Shown here: positions 1 to 13,492 of the stretch, piece by piece
How the letters are laid out: every line of letters begins with the position of its first letter
Numbering within the stretch: position 1 is the stretch's first letter
Assembly (NCBI GenBank): GCA_963803975.1
Contig: CAWDOY010000003.1
Coordinates: 256,001-320,000, forward strand
Direction of reading: 5' to 3'
DNA length: 64,000 bases
Source: an uncultured delta proteobacterium
Lineage (GTDB): Bacteria > Desulfobacterota > WTBG01 > CAIYCZ01
Program-made: the position numbers and the translations under genes
The notes under the pieces: model-generated
What the model was told of the DNA's origin: nothing
Database searches by the model: none
What the model saw: only the letters and a program-made list of their open reading frames with translations

Positions 1-27
1 GTCCGGGTGGTAGACAAGCGCAGCTGA
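1..27 (+). CDS. 3' end of upstream gene (VRVVDKRS*), resembles phenylacetate-CoA ligase C-terminus
   Basis: Frame-1 translation ends in RVVDKR, typical of PaaK-family C-termini; only 8 codons visible. Confidence 0.35.
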   Translation, partial: VRVVDKRS

Positions 28-65
28 ACGGGTAATACGCTATTTAAATTTATGATAAAAGGTCT

Positions 66-107
66 GAAATAGCTTTGCTAACTATCTGGCAAAGCTATTT
101 CTTTTCT
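66..107 (+). terminator. Intrinsic terminator
   Basis: gaaatagctttgc/gcaaagctatttc stem followed by T-rich tract. Confidence 0.75.
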
Positions 108-196
108 TGTCTTCCGCAGAACATTTTTATTCTTGCACTCTTGGGCATTTGTTGTATATTGAGCGCCACATTAAAAATGCGGGTTGAAATTCTACC

Positions 197-1075
197 ATGT
201 ATCAGGAACACTTTTTTTTACCTTTTAATTTTTGCGGGCTAAACGAAGAACAATCAGCATGGGAAAATGCACGGACCGTTATTATCCCGGTTCCCTATGA
301 TTTGACCACAACGTATATGCCTGGCACCCGCCTGGGGCCGCATGCTATTATCAAGGCATCAACCCAGCTGGAGCTCTTTGATGAAGAGCTGGGGAAAGAG
401 CCGGCAGCGATCGGTATTCATACGCTGCCGGAGATTGAGGTGCTTACCTCAGGGCCGGCTGAAATGATAGACCGGGTTGAATCAGTTGCCGCGCGTGTGG
501 CAGGCTCCGGCAAATTCCCAATCATGCTGGGCGGCGAGCACAGTATCAGCTTGGGCATGGTACGGGCACTTAAAAATGATCATCCTGACATGGGCGTGCT
601 GCAGCTTGACGCTCATGCAGACCTGCGTGATAGTTATCAGGGGTCACGGTTCAATCACGCCTGCGTTGCCCGGCGCATGCAGGAACTGTGTCCGCTCATT
701 CAGGCAGGCATTAGAAGCATCACCGCGGATGAATGGTCTTTTCTTAATAACTCCCCGGTGACATCCTTTTTCGCCCGTAACATGCACGCACGGGATGAAT
801 GGCTGCCAAAGCTTATTGAAAAGCTGCCGCAAAAAATATATATTACCATTGATCTGGATGTGTTTGATCCTTCGCAGATGCCCTCGGTGGGAACACCGGA
901 GCCGGGAGGAATGAACTGGTATGACGTGCTGCATCTGCTGCGTGCGGTAGCTGCACAGCGAAAGATTCTCGGGTTTGATATCGTTGAATTGTGCCCGCAG
1001 CCGGCAAATCCGGGACCTGATTTTTTAGCTGCCAAGCTGTGCTACAAGCTTTTGGGATATATTCATTGCCCATAA
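197..1075 (+). CDS. speB: Agmatinase
   Basis: Ureohydrolase motifs GGEHSI, DAHADLRD, DLDVFDP, GTPEPGG; adjacent to arginine decarboxylase. Confidence 0.93.
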   Translation: MYQEHFFLPFNFCGLNEEQSAWENARTVIIPVPYDLTTTYMPGTRLGPHAIIKASTQLELFDEELGKEPAAIGIHTLPEIEVLTSGPAEMIDRVESVAARVAGSGKFPIMLGGEHSISLGMVRALKNDHPDMGVLQLDAHADLRDSYQGSRFNHACVARRMQELCPLIQAGIRSITADEWSFLNNSPVTSFFARNMHARDEWLPKLIEKLPQKIYITIDLDVFDPSQMPSVGTPEPGGMNWYDVLHLLRAVAAQRKILGFDIVELCPQPANPGPDFLAAKLCYKLLGYIHCP

Positions 1076-1101
1076 TTTTTAAATCATGAAAGGAGTCAGC
1101 A

Positions 1102-1647
1102 GTGGAGCTGGTACCCAAAAAAGTATTTTTTACCAAAGGAGCCGGTATACACCGGGATGAGCTTCGTTCCTTTGAGCTTGCGCTTCGTGATGCAGGCATC
1201 GAGAAACAGAACCTGGTATATGTATCAAGCATCTTCCCTCCCGGGTGTAAAATCATCCCTAAATCCCAGGGGCTGACCAAACTGCTGCCCGGCTCCATTA
1301 CCTATACGGTTATGAGCAGGTGCGCCAGCAATGAGCCCCGGCGGCTGATTGCCGCATCTGTGGGGTGCGCAGTGCCGACAGACAAGAAATGCTACGGCTA
1401 CCTGTCTGAGTATCACGCCTTCGGCGTTACCGACAAGCAGGCTGGTGATTATGCTGAAGACCTTGCAGCCGCTATGCTTGCGTCAACCCTTGGTCTGGAG
1501 TTTGACGAGGATAAAAGCTGGGACGAAAACAAGGAAGTGTACCACTTAAGCAATAAAGTTGTCCGGTGCCTCAACATTACCCAGTCTGCAATTGTCACCA
1601 AGAACGGCTACACCACCGTCCTTGCAGCCGCGGTGTTTTTGTTTTAA
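1102..1647 (+). CDS. Pyruvoyl-dependent arginine decarboxylase
   Basis: SFELALRDAGI..NLVYVSSIFP (Ser-Ser self-cleavage site), GYLSEYH; GTG start after AAGGAG. Confidence 0.9.
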   Translation: MELVPKKVFFTKGAGIHRDELRSFELALRDAGIEKQNLVYVSSIFPPGCKIIPKSQGLTKLLPGSITYTVMSRCASNEPRRLIAASVGCAVPTDKKCYGYLSEYHAFGVTDKQAGDYAEDLAAAMLASTLGLEFDEDKSWDENKEVYHLSNKVVRCLNITQSAIVTKNGYTTVLAAAVFLF

Positions 1648-1714
1648 CGGTACGCTTTCATGTTTACCATTACCCGGCGTTAACCATTTCACCTTATTTT
1701 TATTGGAGGAACTG

Positions 1715-3154
1715 ATGAAAAAATTATTTACGCTCCTGTGTCTGAGCCTGCTCTGCACTGTTATCCTGTTACCCCTGTCCGGCTACACCTCACGCCTTGG
1801 TGCTGAAAGCACGCCGGCAAAGACCATAATCCTCCCCAGCTTTACCGAACTTGCAAAAAAACTGACCCCGGTCGCCGTTAATATCAGCACCTCGAAGATT
1901 GTTAAAGGGAGAAAATCCATGCGGCGGTTTGAACCGCCTGCAGGTGGCGAAGGGGATCCCTTTGGCGAAGATTTTTTCAAACATTTTTTCGGCGACATGC
2001 CGCAGCGCGATTACAAGCAGCAGAGCCTTGGCTCTGGATTTATTATTGATAAAGAAGGCCACATCCTTACTAATAATCATGTGGTGGCAGGCGCCGATGC
2101 AATCAAGGTTAAGCTTGCCAATGAAAAGGAGTTCGACGCAAAGATCATCGGCCGGGATGAAAAAACCGATATTGCGCTGATCAAAATAACCAATGCGCCC
2201 AATGACCTGCCGGTTGCAGTACTGGGAGATTCTGATACGCTTGAGGTCGGTGAATGGGTCATGGCTATCGGCAATCCATTTGGCCTGCAGGAAACGGTTA
2301 CCGTCGGGGTGGTGAGTGCTAAATCAAGGGCAATAGGTGCCGGTCCCTATGACGACTTTATTCAGACTGATGCATCCATTAATCCCGGAAACAGCGGCGG
2401 CCCGCTTTTTAATCTTAACGCGGAAGTAGTGGGTATTAATACCGCAATCTATTCACCCAGCGGCGGCAATATCGGCATTGGTTTTGCCTCGCCCATTAAC
2501 ATGGCAAAGAAAATTGTTAAACAGCTCAAGGATAAAGGCAAAGTCACCAGGGGCTGGCTCGGCGTCATAGTGCAGGAGGTCACCCCTGAACTGGCCAAAT
2601 CCTTTGGTATCAAGGAAGGAAAAGGAGCTCTGGTCGGGGATGCGGAAAAAGGCGGGCCGGCAGATGTGGCCGGCATCAAACAGGGCGATGTGATTATCTC
2701 GTTTGACGGAAAAGCAATAACAAAGATGGCTGACCTTCCCCTCATGGTTGCTGAAACAGCAGTGGGTAAACAGGTAACGGTAAAAATTATACGGGAAGGA
2801 AGTGAAAAAATCTATACGGTAAAGATCGGTGAACTCAAAGACAAAGAAGCCTCTGCAACTGCTGAAGAGGGAGAGTCAAATCTCGGGCTGTCTGTGGATG
2901 AAATAACGCCTGAAACAGCACGCCGCTATGGCCTGTCTGAAGAGGACGGCATCCTGGTCATGCAGGTTGAGCCGGGCAGCCCTGCTGATGAAGCTGGCAT
3001 GAAACGGGGAGATATCATTAAGGAGGTTAACCGGAAGAAGGTTAAAACCATAGCCCAGTTCCAGAAATCAATTGAAAAAAGAAAATCCGGTGAAAGCATA
3101 CTGATGCTGATTAAAAGGGGACGAAATTCTCTCTTTCTTACGGTCAAACCTTAA
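1715..3154 (+). CDS. Do/DegQ family periplasmic serine protease with two PDZ domains
   Basis: Signal peptide, TNNHVV, DIAL, IQTDASINPGNSGGPL; ATG 1715 follows GGAGG. Confidence 0.93.
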   Translation: MKKLFTLLCLSLLCTVILLPLSGYTSRLGAESTPAKTIILPSFTELAKKLTPVAVNISTSKIVKGRKSMRRFEPPAGGEGDPFGEDFFKHFFGDMPQRDYKQQSLGSGFIIDKEGHILTNNHVVAGADAIKVKLANEKEFDAKIIGRDEKTDIALIKITNAPNDLPVAVLGDSDTLEVGEWVMAIGNPFGLQETVTVGVVSAKSRAIGAGPYDDFIQTDASINPGNSGGPLFNLNAEVVGINTAIYSPSGGNIGIGFASPINMAKKIVKQLKDKGKVTRGWLGVIVQEVTPELAKSFGIKEGKGALVGDAEKGGPADVAGIKQGDVIISFDGKAITKMADLPLMVAETAVGKQVTVKIIREGSEKIYTVKIGELKDKEASATAEEGESNLGLSVDEITPETARRYGLSEEDGILVMQVEPGSPADEAGMKRGDIIKEVNRKKVKTIAQFQKSIEKRKSGESILMLIKRGRNSLFLTVKP

Positions 3155-3187
3155 GTGGTACACGCGGTAACACGGCCGCAACCATAG

Positions 3188-4504
<1,317 letters not shown>

Positions 4505-5183
4505 ATGGACTTTTTGAGAGACCAGTTTAAGAATAGAGAAAGGCAGCGTGAACGAATCCAGATGGTTGAAGAGCAGCTGAAAGCACGGGGCATCTCTGAT
4601 CCAAAAGTGCTGGCTGCCATGGAAACCGTCCCCCGTGAAATGTGTGTGCCTGAAGAGTACCTTGATTCCGCGTACAAGGATGGGCCGCTTCCTATCGGCG
4701 AAGGGCAGACGATTTCCCAGCCGTACATGGTAGCGCTCATGACCCAGTGCCTCGAGTTGACCGGCACGGAACGGGTACTTGAAATCGGCACCGGTTCCGG
4801 CTATCAGATGGCAGTGCTGCTTGAAATTACACCGCAGGTCTACTCCATTGAGCGACTGCCGGCATTAGCCCACCGGGCACGGGAAAATTTGAAAACACGC
4901 GGCTATGATAACCTGCATATAAAAATCGCCGATGGTACCTGCGGGTGGCCAGAGGAAGCCCCCTTCGACGGCATTATTGTTACTGCCGGCGCACATGAAA
5001 TTCCCGCTGACTCTTAAGGAGCAGCTTGCCGACGGCGGTCGGCTGGTAATCCCCGTGGGGCCTCGTTATTCCCAGTCATTGTACCGGGTGACCCGGAGAG
5101 GGAAACAGTACCTGGAAGAGGAGTTTACGGCCTGTGTCTTTGTTCCGCTGATTGGCCGTTATGGGTGGAAAGAAGACAGCTAA
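4505..5183 (+). CDS. pcm: Protein-L-isoaspartate O-methyltransferase (frameshift near 5000-5017)
   Basis: [21 protein letters not shown]; continues in another frame as [16 protein letters not shown]...FVPLIG. Confidence 0.9.
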
Positions 5184-5265
5184 AATTAATATTCCAATAC
5201 ATCAGGATTCTTTTCTCAGTGCTGGATTTACTGAGCAGCACATCAACGTAGGCAGAGGACCAGCT

Positions 5266-6478
5266 ATGGAAAAACATCCCTTCGCAGAGCTCGTTACTGA
5301 TGGTACCACCAAGATTGTTTTTCTAATTATGGATGGACTGGGAGGCGTGCAGATAAAAGAAAAAGGCGGCACAGAGCTTCAGGTTGCTAAAACTCCCAAC
5401 CTCGATCAGCTTGCCAGTGAATCAATCTGCGGCCTGCTTGATCCGATCAGCCCCGGCATCAGCCCGGGCAGCGGCCCGGCCCACTTTGGCCTGTTCGGCT
5501 ATGACCCCGTCGCGTTCAGCATTGGCCGCGGCATACTTGAGGCCGCAGGCATTGATTTTCCGCTCACCGCCAATGATGTCGTGGCGCGGATCAATTTCTG
5601 CACGGTTGATAAAAACGGCATTATAACCGACCGCCGCGCCGGCCGCATAGATACGCAGGATAACATCAGGATTTGCGAAAAAGTTGAAAAAAATATTAAG
5701 AAGCACCCGCGTCTTGATGAAGTCCTCGTGAAACCGGTAAAGGAGCACCGTGCCGTAGTCGTATTGCGCGGCCGGGACCTGCACGGTGATATTGAGGACA
5801 CTGATCCGCAGAAAACCGGCTTAAAACCGCTTCCCCCTAAAGCGGTGAATAAGGAATCAGAGGAGGCAGCAGGCATTGCAGCTGATTTTCTTGATCAGGT
5901 TTCCCGCATCCTCTCTGATGAGCCAAAAGCCAACATGATGCTGCTCCGGGGTTTTGCCAAGCACCGGAAATATTCCTCAATGCTTGAGCGCTACAAGCTT
6001 AACGCGGTGGCAATTGCAGCATACCCCATGTATAAGGGAATCGCCCGGCTCCTGGGGATGGAGGTGCTTGACAACATCACCGGCATTGCCGAGGAATTTA
6101 CCGCGCTAAAGAATAACTTTTTAAAGTATGACTTCTTTTTCATCCATATAAAGCCGACCGATTCGCGCGGTGAAGACGGCGATTTTGATGCCAAGGTGAA
6201 GGCCATAGAGGAGGTGGACAGCTACATACCGCAGGTGCTCGGACTGAAACCCGATGTGCTGGTGGTCACCGGCGATCACTCCACCCCTGCCCTGCTTAAA
6301 GGTCACAGCTGGCATCCGGTGCCGGTGCTGCTGTACTCTGACTGCTGCCGATTTGACGCGGTGACAGAAGTTTGATGAAATAAGCTGCATCCAGGGCGGC
6401 ATTGGCCGCATGGATTCAGTTCATCTCATCTGGCTTGCTCTGGCCAATGCAAACAGGCTGGCAAAATTCGGGGCATAA
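5266..6478 (+). CDS. apgM: 2,3-bisphosphoglycerate-independent phosphoglycerate mutase, ApgM type (frameshift near 6368)
   Basis: DGLGG, PGSGPAH, TDRRAGRI, TGDHSTP, HSWHPVP; shifted frame ends ANRLAKFGA*. Confidence 0.9.
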
Positions 6479-6512
6479 TAATAAAAGCCTCTGGTTTACG
6501 GCGTATTGTTAA

Positions 6513-8542
<2,030 letters not shown>

Positions 8543-8724
8543 CTTATATATGCTTCTCATCCTTCATGCATCACGTCTTCGCGCATCCGCAGCCTGCTGT
8601 TAAAACCTTTCTCTTGATAAAAAGAATCATTTTCCGCATAATTTAACTGTCCATTGGCTTAATGATTTCTCTTCAATTATCCGAAATAAAGGATACTTGA
8701 TATGTAAAATTACGGCATCAGCGC

Positions 8725-10656
8725 ATGTATAAAGACTTCTATCACATGAAAATTGAGCCGTTCGGCACCCTGCCCTCTCCTGATATTTATTTTGCATCAG
8801 AAACACATCAGGGAGCATGGGATTACCTTGTCGAAGGGCTGGAATCAGATGAGCCGTCTTTACTGGTGACCGGCGCGCATGGTACCGGTAAATCTTTGCT
8901 GAGCCTGAGACTTGTTAAGGAGCTTACACAACAAAACTCTCTTCCGTTTGTCTATAACCCTGTTCCGAACTGCGATTACCGGCTTATTTTAAAAGATGTG
9001 GCACGCCGTCTTGATATCACCGTACCATCTGATGATGAAGCGCTGATCCAATACGCGATATATAAATATTTCCTTGAATCTGCAAGCAGAACCAGTTGTT
9101 ATTTAATCTTTGATGCTGTTCAGGATTTGGACGCGTCAACGCTGGTAAAAATATTTAATTTTACCAATTTTAATCATAATGCTTTTTTTCCCTTCCGTCT
9201 GGTACTGTTCGGACAACCTGCAGTTCTTGAAATGCTCATGTCGCTGCATCGCGATACTATTAATTACTATCAGTATCGCCACTACTTTTTAACCCCGCTG
9301 GGCAAGAATGAAACAAAAGAATATATCTATTACCGGCTGCTTACAGCGGATGCGCCGGGCATCCCTGTTTTTACTGATGAAGCGGTGCAAAAAATATATT
9401 CCTGCAGCCGCGGCATTCCCCTGCTGGTAAATAGTATCTGCGCCGCATGCCTTAGACTGGGCGCTGCTCAAGAGCTTAAAATAATTGACGGCACCATCGT
9501 TACCAGGGCCAGCGGTCAAGACCGGGAAATAAACCGAACGCCGCAAAAGACTGATTTCACGGAAAAGATGCGCGGTGGCGTATCAACAGCCGCAGAAGAA
9601 CCTGTTGTTCCAGAAACAAAGGTCTCTGCTGAAAAAGATACCACTGCGCATGCCGTGCCAGCATTGAGCAGTACCCGTTTGTCAGCCGCGCTGCTTATCA
9701 TCATCATTGTCGCAGCGCTCTGCGCAAGCCTGCTTATGCGGCGGGATATCGCTACGGTTTTCAAGGGTTCTCAAGAAAAAACAGCGACAAAAGAATTTGG
9801 CGCTTCATCCAAAACGACATCTACCAGCAATCATGCCAGTATACAAAAAGCTGAAAAGAATCCTGTAACCATTCCGGCGCAACAAACACGCGAAGCAGCC
9901 GGAGAAAAAGCTCCGGCTGGCAGCGCGCCAGCGGAACTCAAACCCGCTGCTTCAGACAAGCCCGCCATGTCCACGGTGCCAATGAAGGCCGCTGTTACTG
10001 CCAGCTTTAATACCAGCTCGATCAAGACGGTAACCAGCACTGCAGCAGCCGGAGAAAAAGCTCCGGCTGGCAGCGCGCCAGCGGAACTCAAACCCGCTGC
10101 TTCAGACAAGCCCGCCATGTCCACGGTGCCAATGAAGGCCGCTGTTACTGCCAGCTTTAATACCAGTTCGCTCAAGACAATAACCGTCACCGCAGTTGAG
10201 ACCAGGACTGCGAAATATCCCTATGCGCTTCAATTGGCTTGTTACAACTCTGAGGAGGTAGCGAGGGAGGAAACGCTGCCTTTTAAGCGGTTAGGTCTGG
10301 TGCCTTTCATAGTAAAGAGTTTTTCGCAAAGAACTGGCGAGACCCTGTGGGTTATATACACCGGTTACTATGAGACCGCAGAAAAAGCTGAACGCGATAA
10401 ACAAAAATACCAACTGCGTGATGCAATTGCAGCACGGACGCCCTACGCGGTTTTGATTGGCACGTTCGCAGCAGCGGAAGAAATGTCAGCAACGGTGAGG
10501 TATCTTGAACAGCTTGGATATTATCCGTACGCAATACCTGACGGACTCAACACGCTGAGCCTTTTTGCCGGTGCATTTTCAACCAGGTCGGGTGCTGAGA
10601 AGTTGCAACTCCAGCTTCAGGCAGACGGCATTAAAAGCCAGGTAGTGCTGCGGTAA
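8725..10656 (+). CDS. ExeA/GspA-family AAA ATPase with TM helix and C-terminal SPOR domains
   Basis: GAHGTGKS Walker A, LFGQP, SRGIPLLVN, TM segment, SPOR-like YALQLACY. Confidence 0.82.
   Translation: MYKDFYHMKIEPFGTLPSPDIYFASETHQGAWDYLVEGLESDEPSLLVTGAHGTGKSLLSLRLVKELTQQNSLPFVYNPVPNCDYRLILKDVARRLDITVPSDDEALIQYAIYKYFLESASRTSCYLIFDAVQDLDASTLVKIFNFTNFNHNAFFPFRLVLFGQPAVLEMLMSLHRDTINYYQYRHYFLTPLGKNETKEYIYYRLLTADAPGIPVFTDEAVQKIYSCSRGIPLLVNSICAACLRLGAAQELKIIDGTIVTRASGQDREINRTPQKTDFTEKMRGGVSTAAEEPVVPETKVSAEKDTTAHAVPALSSTRLSAALLIIIIVAALCASLLMRRDIATVFKGSQEKTATKEFGASSKTTSTSNHASIQKAEKNPVTIPAQQTREAAGEKAPAGSAPAELKPAASDKPAMSTVPMKAAVTASFNTSSIKTVTSTAAAGEKAPAGSAPAELKPAASDKPAMSTVPMKAAVTASFNTSSLKTITVTAVETRTAKYPYALQLACYNSEEVAREETLPFKRLGLVPFIVKSFSQRTGETLWVIYTGYYETAEKAERDKQKYQLRDAIAARTPYAVLIGTFAAAEEMSATVRYLEQLGYYPYAIPDGLNTLSLFAGAFSTRSGAEKLQLQLQADGIKSQVVLR
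9895..10178 (+). repeat. Near-perfect in-frame tandem duplication with 150-bp period
   Basis: gcagccggagaaaaagctccggc...taccag at 9895 and 10045. Confidence 0.95.
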
Positions 10657-10689
10657 CTAATTAAACCATCATTATTATAGTTATAGCGA

Positions 10690-10730
10690 GGCATGAGAGA
10701 CGATACCGCTTCTTCTCTCATGCCTTTATT
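10690..10730. terminator. Terminator hairpin between convergent genes
   Basis: ggcatgagaga/tctctcatgcc stem. Confidence 0.6.
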
Positions 10731-10818
10731 ATTTATAATAATATTTTCATTTGTTTTCTAACCGCTATCCTGCTGATTCAGAAATATTCCATTGGTTATT
10801 CCCATATCAATCAACGGA

Positions 10819-11621
10819 TCAACGGGTCAATTTAAAGCTGAATGAAATTGCTTCCACCGGGCAATCAGTGCAGCGCAGGCAGCGTATGCACTGTGAGGTA
10901 GCTCCGCCGTCTTCGAAAACTTTTATGGAAACCGGACAATTTTTATGGCATTTGCTGCATTTTATGCACTTATCCTTATCCACGGCAACCCTGAGAAAAC
11001 TTATCCTGTTAAAGAGCGAATAGATTGCGCCCAGCGGGCAGGTGGTGCGGCAGAAAGGCCGTTTGCTTACAATCATCCAGGCAAGAAAAACAAAAAGAAT
11101 AATGCACTTTATGATAAAGATTGTTCCCGCAAATTGACGGAGATCCGCATTATATAATAAATGCGGTATGCCTGCCTCCAGCGTCCCTACCGGGCAGAGC
11201 TTGGAAAACCACGGTTCCTTGGTAAAATACGGGATGATAAATGACCAGGAGGATGAGGGTGACATATCGCCCGGAATATAAAAAAGAAGGGATATTCAGC
11301 TTAGGCGCTTTTATCTTGTACATCATATCCTGCAGCAGGCCGAACGGGCAGCCCCAGCCGCAGATGATTCTGCCGCCGACAGCCCCGATCGCACCCAGGA
11401 AACCGAGTGTATACAGCGAAAGATGATACACTCCGTAGGCGGTAGAAAAATTGCAGTATGCCGAGGGGGCAGGCAAAGATTGCCGACGGGCATGAGTAGC
11501 AGTTAAAGCCGGGACAGTTTAAAGCTTTAAGATTGCCCTGGTAAATGGTGCCGATGATGAAACCATAGATATATGAATTATAGAGAAGCGTGGACAGTAT
11601 TTGAGAAATTCTCTGTTTCAT
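10819..11621 (-). CDS. Membrane 4Fe-4S binding protein, NapH/MauN-like (two frameshifts)
   Basis: CPGFNCYSCP, CGWGCPFG, CPVGTLE, FCRTTCPLGA, CIKCSKCHKNCP, CIRCLRCTDCP across three ORF pieces. Confidence 0.85.
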
Positions 11622-11639
11622 GAGAGCTGCGTCGTGTTT

Positions 11640-11786
11640 TCAGCCGATGCCGATGCATGACAGGCATATGCGAATTGCCTGATCAAAAACTTGTGACGGC
11701 TCCCGCAGGAGCACACCGGCAATGATGGATACGACAGCGAGGAGAAATATTATTTTGGGACTGTGTCTAACAATGAATCTTAACAC
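11640..11786 (-). CDS. 48-aa CD1871A-like CXXC membrane peptide (below ORF-track cutoff)
   Basis: GTG..VLRFIVRHSPKIIFLLAVVSIIAGVLLREPSQVFDQAIRICLSCIGIG*; GAAAGGA RBS; directly upstream of the Fe-S gene. Confidence 0.8.
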   Translation of the reverse strand: MLRFIVRHSPKIIFLLAVVSIIAGVLLREPSQVFDQAIRICLSCIGIG

Positions 11787-11977
11787 AGGGCAGTCCTTTC
11801 AAAATTCATATGCTATAATAACTTTTTTAATGTATAAAGTATTACTGCGTAAAAGTCAAACGACACTCTGGCCGTTCATCTATTAAATATTTTATCTGCC
11901 CTTGCTTTTTAAAAGGGTGAGACTGTCTTTTTTTAAAAAAGCGTTAATTGAGGAAACGTTAATTTGCAGGAGCGCTC

Positions 11978-13474
11978 ATGATAAGAAAATATTTTACAGC
12001 ATCCACCATTCTGTTTTCCTTATTATTGGTATTTCCCAATGCCCATTCTTTCACTCTTGGCTCACGGGTGCACGAATACACCCTGCGTAACGGCTTAAAG
12101 GTACTTCTGCTGGAGCGGCATCAATCCCCCACCATATCTTTCTATCTTCGTTTTAAGGCCGGCTCCGTAGATGAGGTGAGCGGTAAAACCGGGACTGCCC
12201 ACCTCCTTGAGCACATGCTTTTCAAAGGAACCAGGACTCTCGGAACAACTGATTATCGCGCAGAGCGTAAACTCCTTGAGCAGATTGACCGGGTCGGTGA
12301 GCGGCTTGATGCTGAACTGCGACGCACCAATGCCCGGCCGGAACAGGCTGCCGCTCTGAAAAAAGAGCTTGCACAGCTCCAGCAGGAGCACCGGAAACTT
12401 GTGGTTAAGGATGAAATTGACAGTATCTATTCCCGTAATGGAGCTGTCGGGCTGAATGCGTCAACCGGAAACGATATCACGACCTATGAAGTGAGCCTTC
12501 CGGCGAATAAAATCGAGCTGTGGGCACGCATTGATTCAGACCGGCTGGCAAATCCGGTGTTCCGTGAATTTTATTCAGAGCGCGATGTCGTTCTGGAAGA
12601 GCTCCGGCAGAGCTACGAATCAAACCCCGCGCGCATCCTGATGGCGCAATTTTTATCTGCAGCTTTTATGGTCCATCCCTACCGTGTTCCCATTATCGGG
12701 TGGAAATCTGACGTCCAGTCTCTCAGCAAACAGGACATCGAGACTTTCTTCACCACCCACTATGCTCCCAACAATGCGGTGCTTGCGGTGGTGGGCGATA
12801 TGCGGACAGAGGATACCTTGAAGATTATAGACCGCTATTTTGGCAGCATTCCATCACGGGAGATTCCAGCTCAGGTTATAAGCACCGAGCCCGCTCAGAT
12901 CGGCGAGCGTCGCATCGAAGTGCTGCTTGATGCTGAGCCGCAGGTGCTCATTGGCTATCATAAGCCGACCATACCGTCTTTTGAAGATTATGTTTTTGAT
13001 GTTATAGACGCGCTGCTTTCCAGCGGCAGGACATCACGGTTATATCAGTCGCTTATTGTAAAGAACAAAATTGCAACCAGCGTCGCCGCTGTAAACGGAT
13101 TGCCGGGAGCGCGGTACCCAAACCTGTTTTTCATCCAGGCGGTGCCCCGGCCGCCGCATACCTGCAAGGAAGTAGCTGCCGCGATATACGCGGAGATAGA
13201 GCGTCTCAAGCGTGAGCCAGTATCACAGCACGAACTGCAAAAAATAAAAAACCAGCTCCAGGCAGACTTTATCAGGGGGCTGAAATCAAATGAGGGCCTT
13301 GCCAGCCAGCTATCTTACTTTCAAAGTATCTGCAATAACTGGAGATATATTGAACAGCAGGCTGACGTGATTAATAAAATAACGCCGCAGGATATACAAC
13401 GCTCAGCGCAGCAGTATCTTGATGAACGCAACAGAACCGTTGCCGAGCTGGTGAAAAAGACCGGCGACAAATAA
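11978..13474 (+). CDS. M16 (pitrilysin) family zinc peptidase, catalytic subunit
   Basis: HLLEH inverted zinc motif, NAST, ERDVVLEE, signal peptide. Confidence 0.92.
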   Translation: MIRKYFTASTILFSLLLVFPNAHSFTLGSRVHEYTLRNGLKVLLLERHQSPTISFYLRFKAGSVDEVSGKTGTAHLLEHMLFKGTRTLGTTDYRAERKLLEQIDRVGERLDAELRRTNARPEQAAALKKELAQLQQEHRKLVVKDEIDSIYSRNGAVGLNASTGNDITTYEVSLPANKIELWARIDSDRLANPVFREFYSERDVVLEELRQSYESNPARILMAQFLSAAFMVHPYRVPIIGWKSDVQSLSKQDIETFFTTHYAPNNAVLAVVGDMRTEDTLKIIDRYFGSIPSREIPAQVISTEPAQIGERRIEVLLDAEPQVLIGYHKPTIPSFEDYVFDVIDALLSSGRTSRLYQSLIVKNKIATSVAAVNGLPGARYPNLFFIQAVPRPPHTCKEVAAAIYAEIERLKREPVSQHELQKIKNQLQADFIRGLKSNEGLASQLSYFQSICNNWRYIEQQADVINKITPQDIQRSAQQYLDERNRTVAELVKKTGDK

Positions 13475-13492
13475 TGTTTCCCGGAGAATTAT

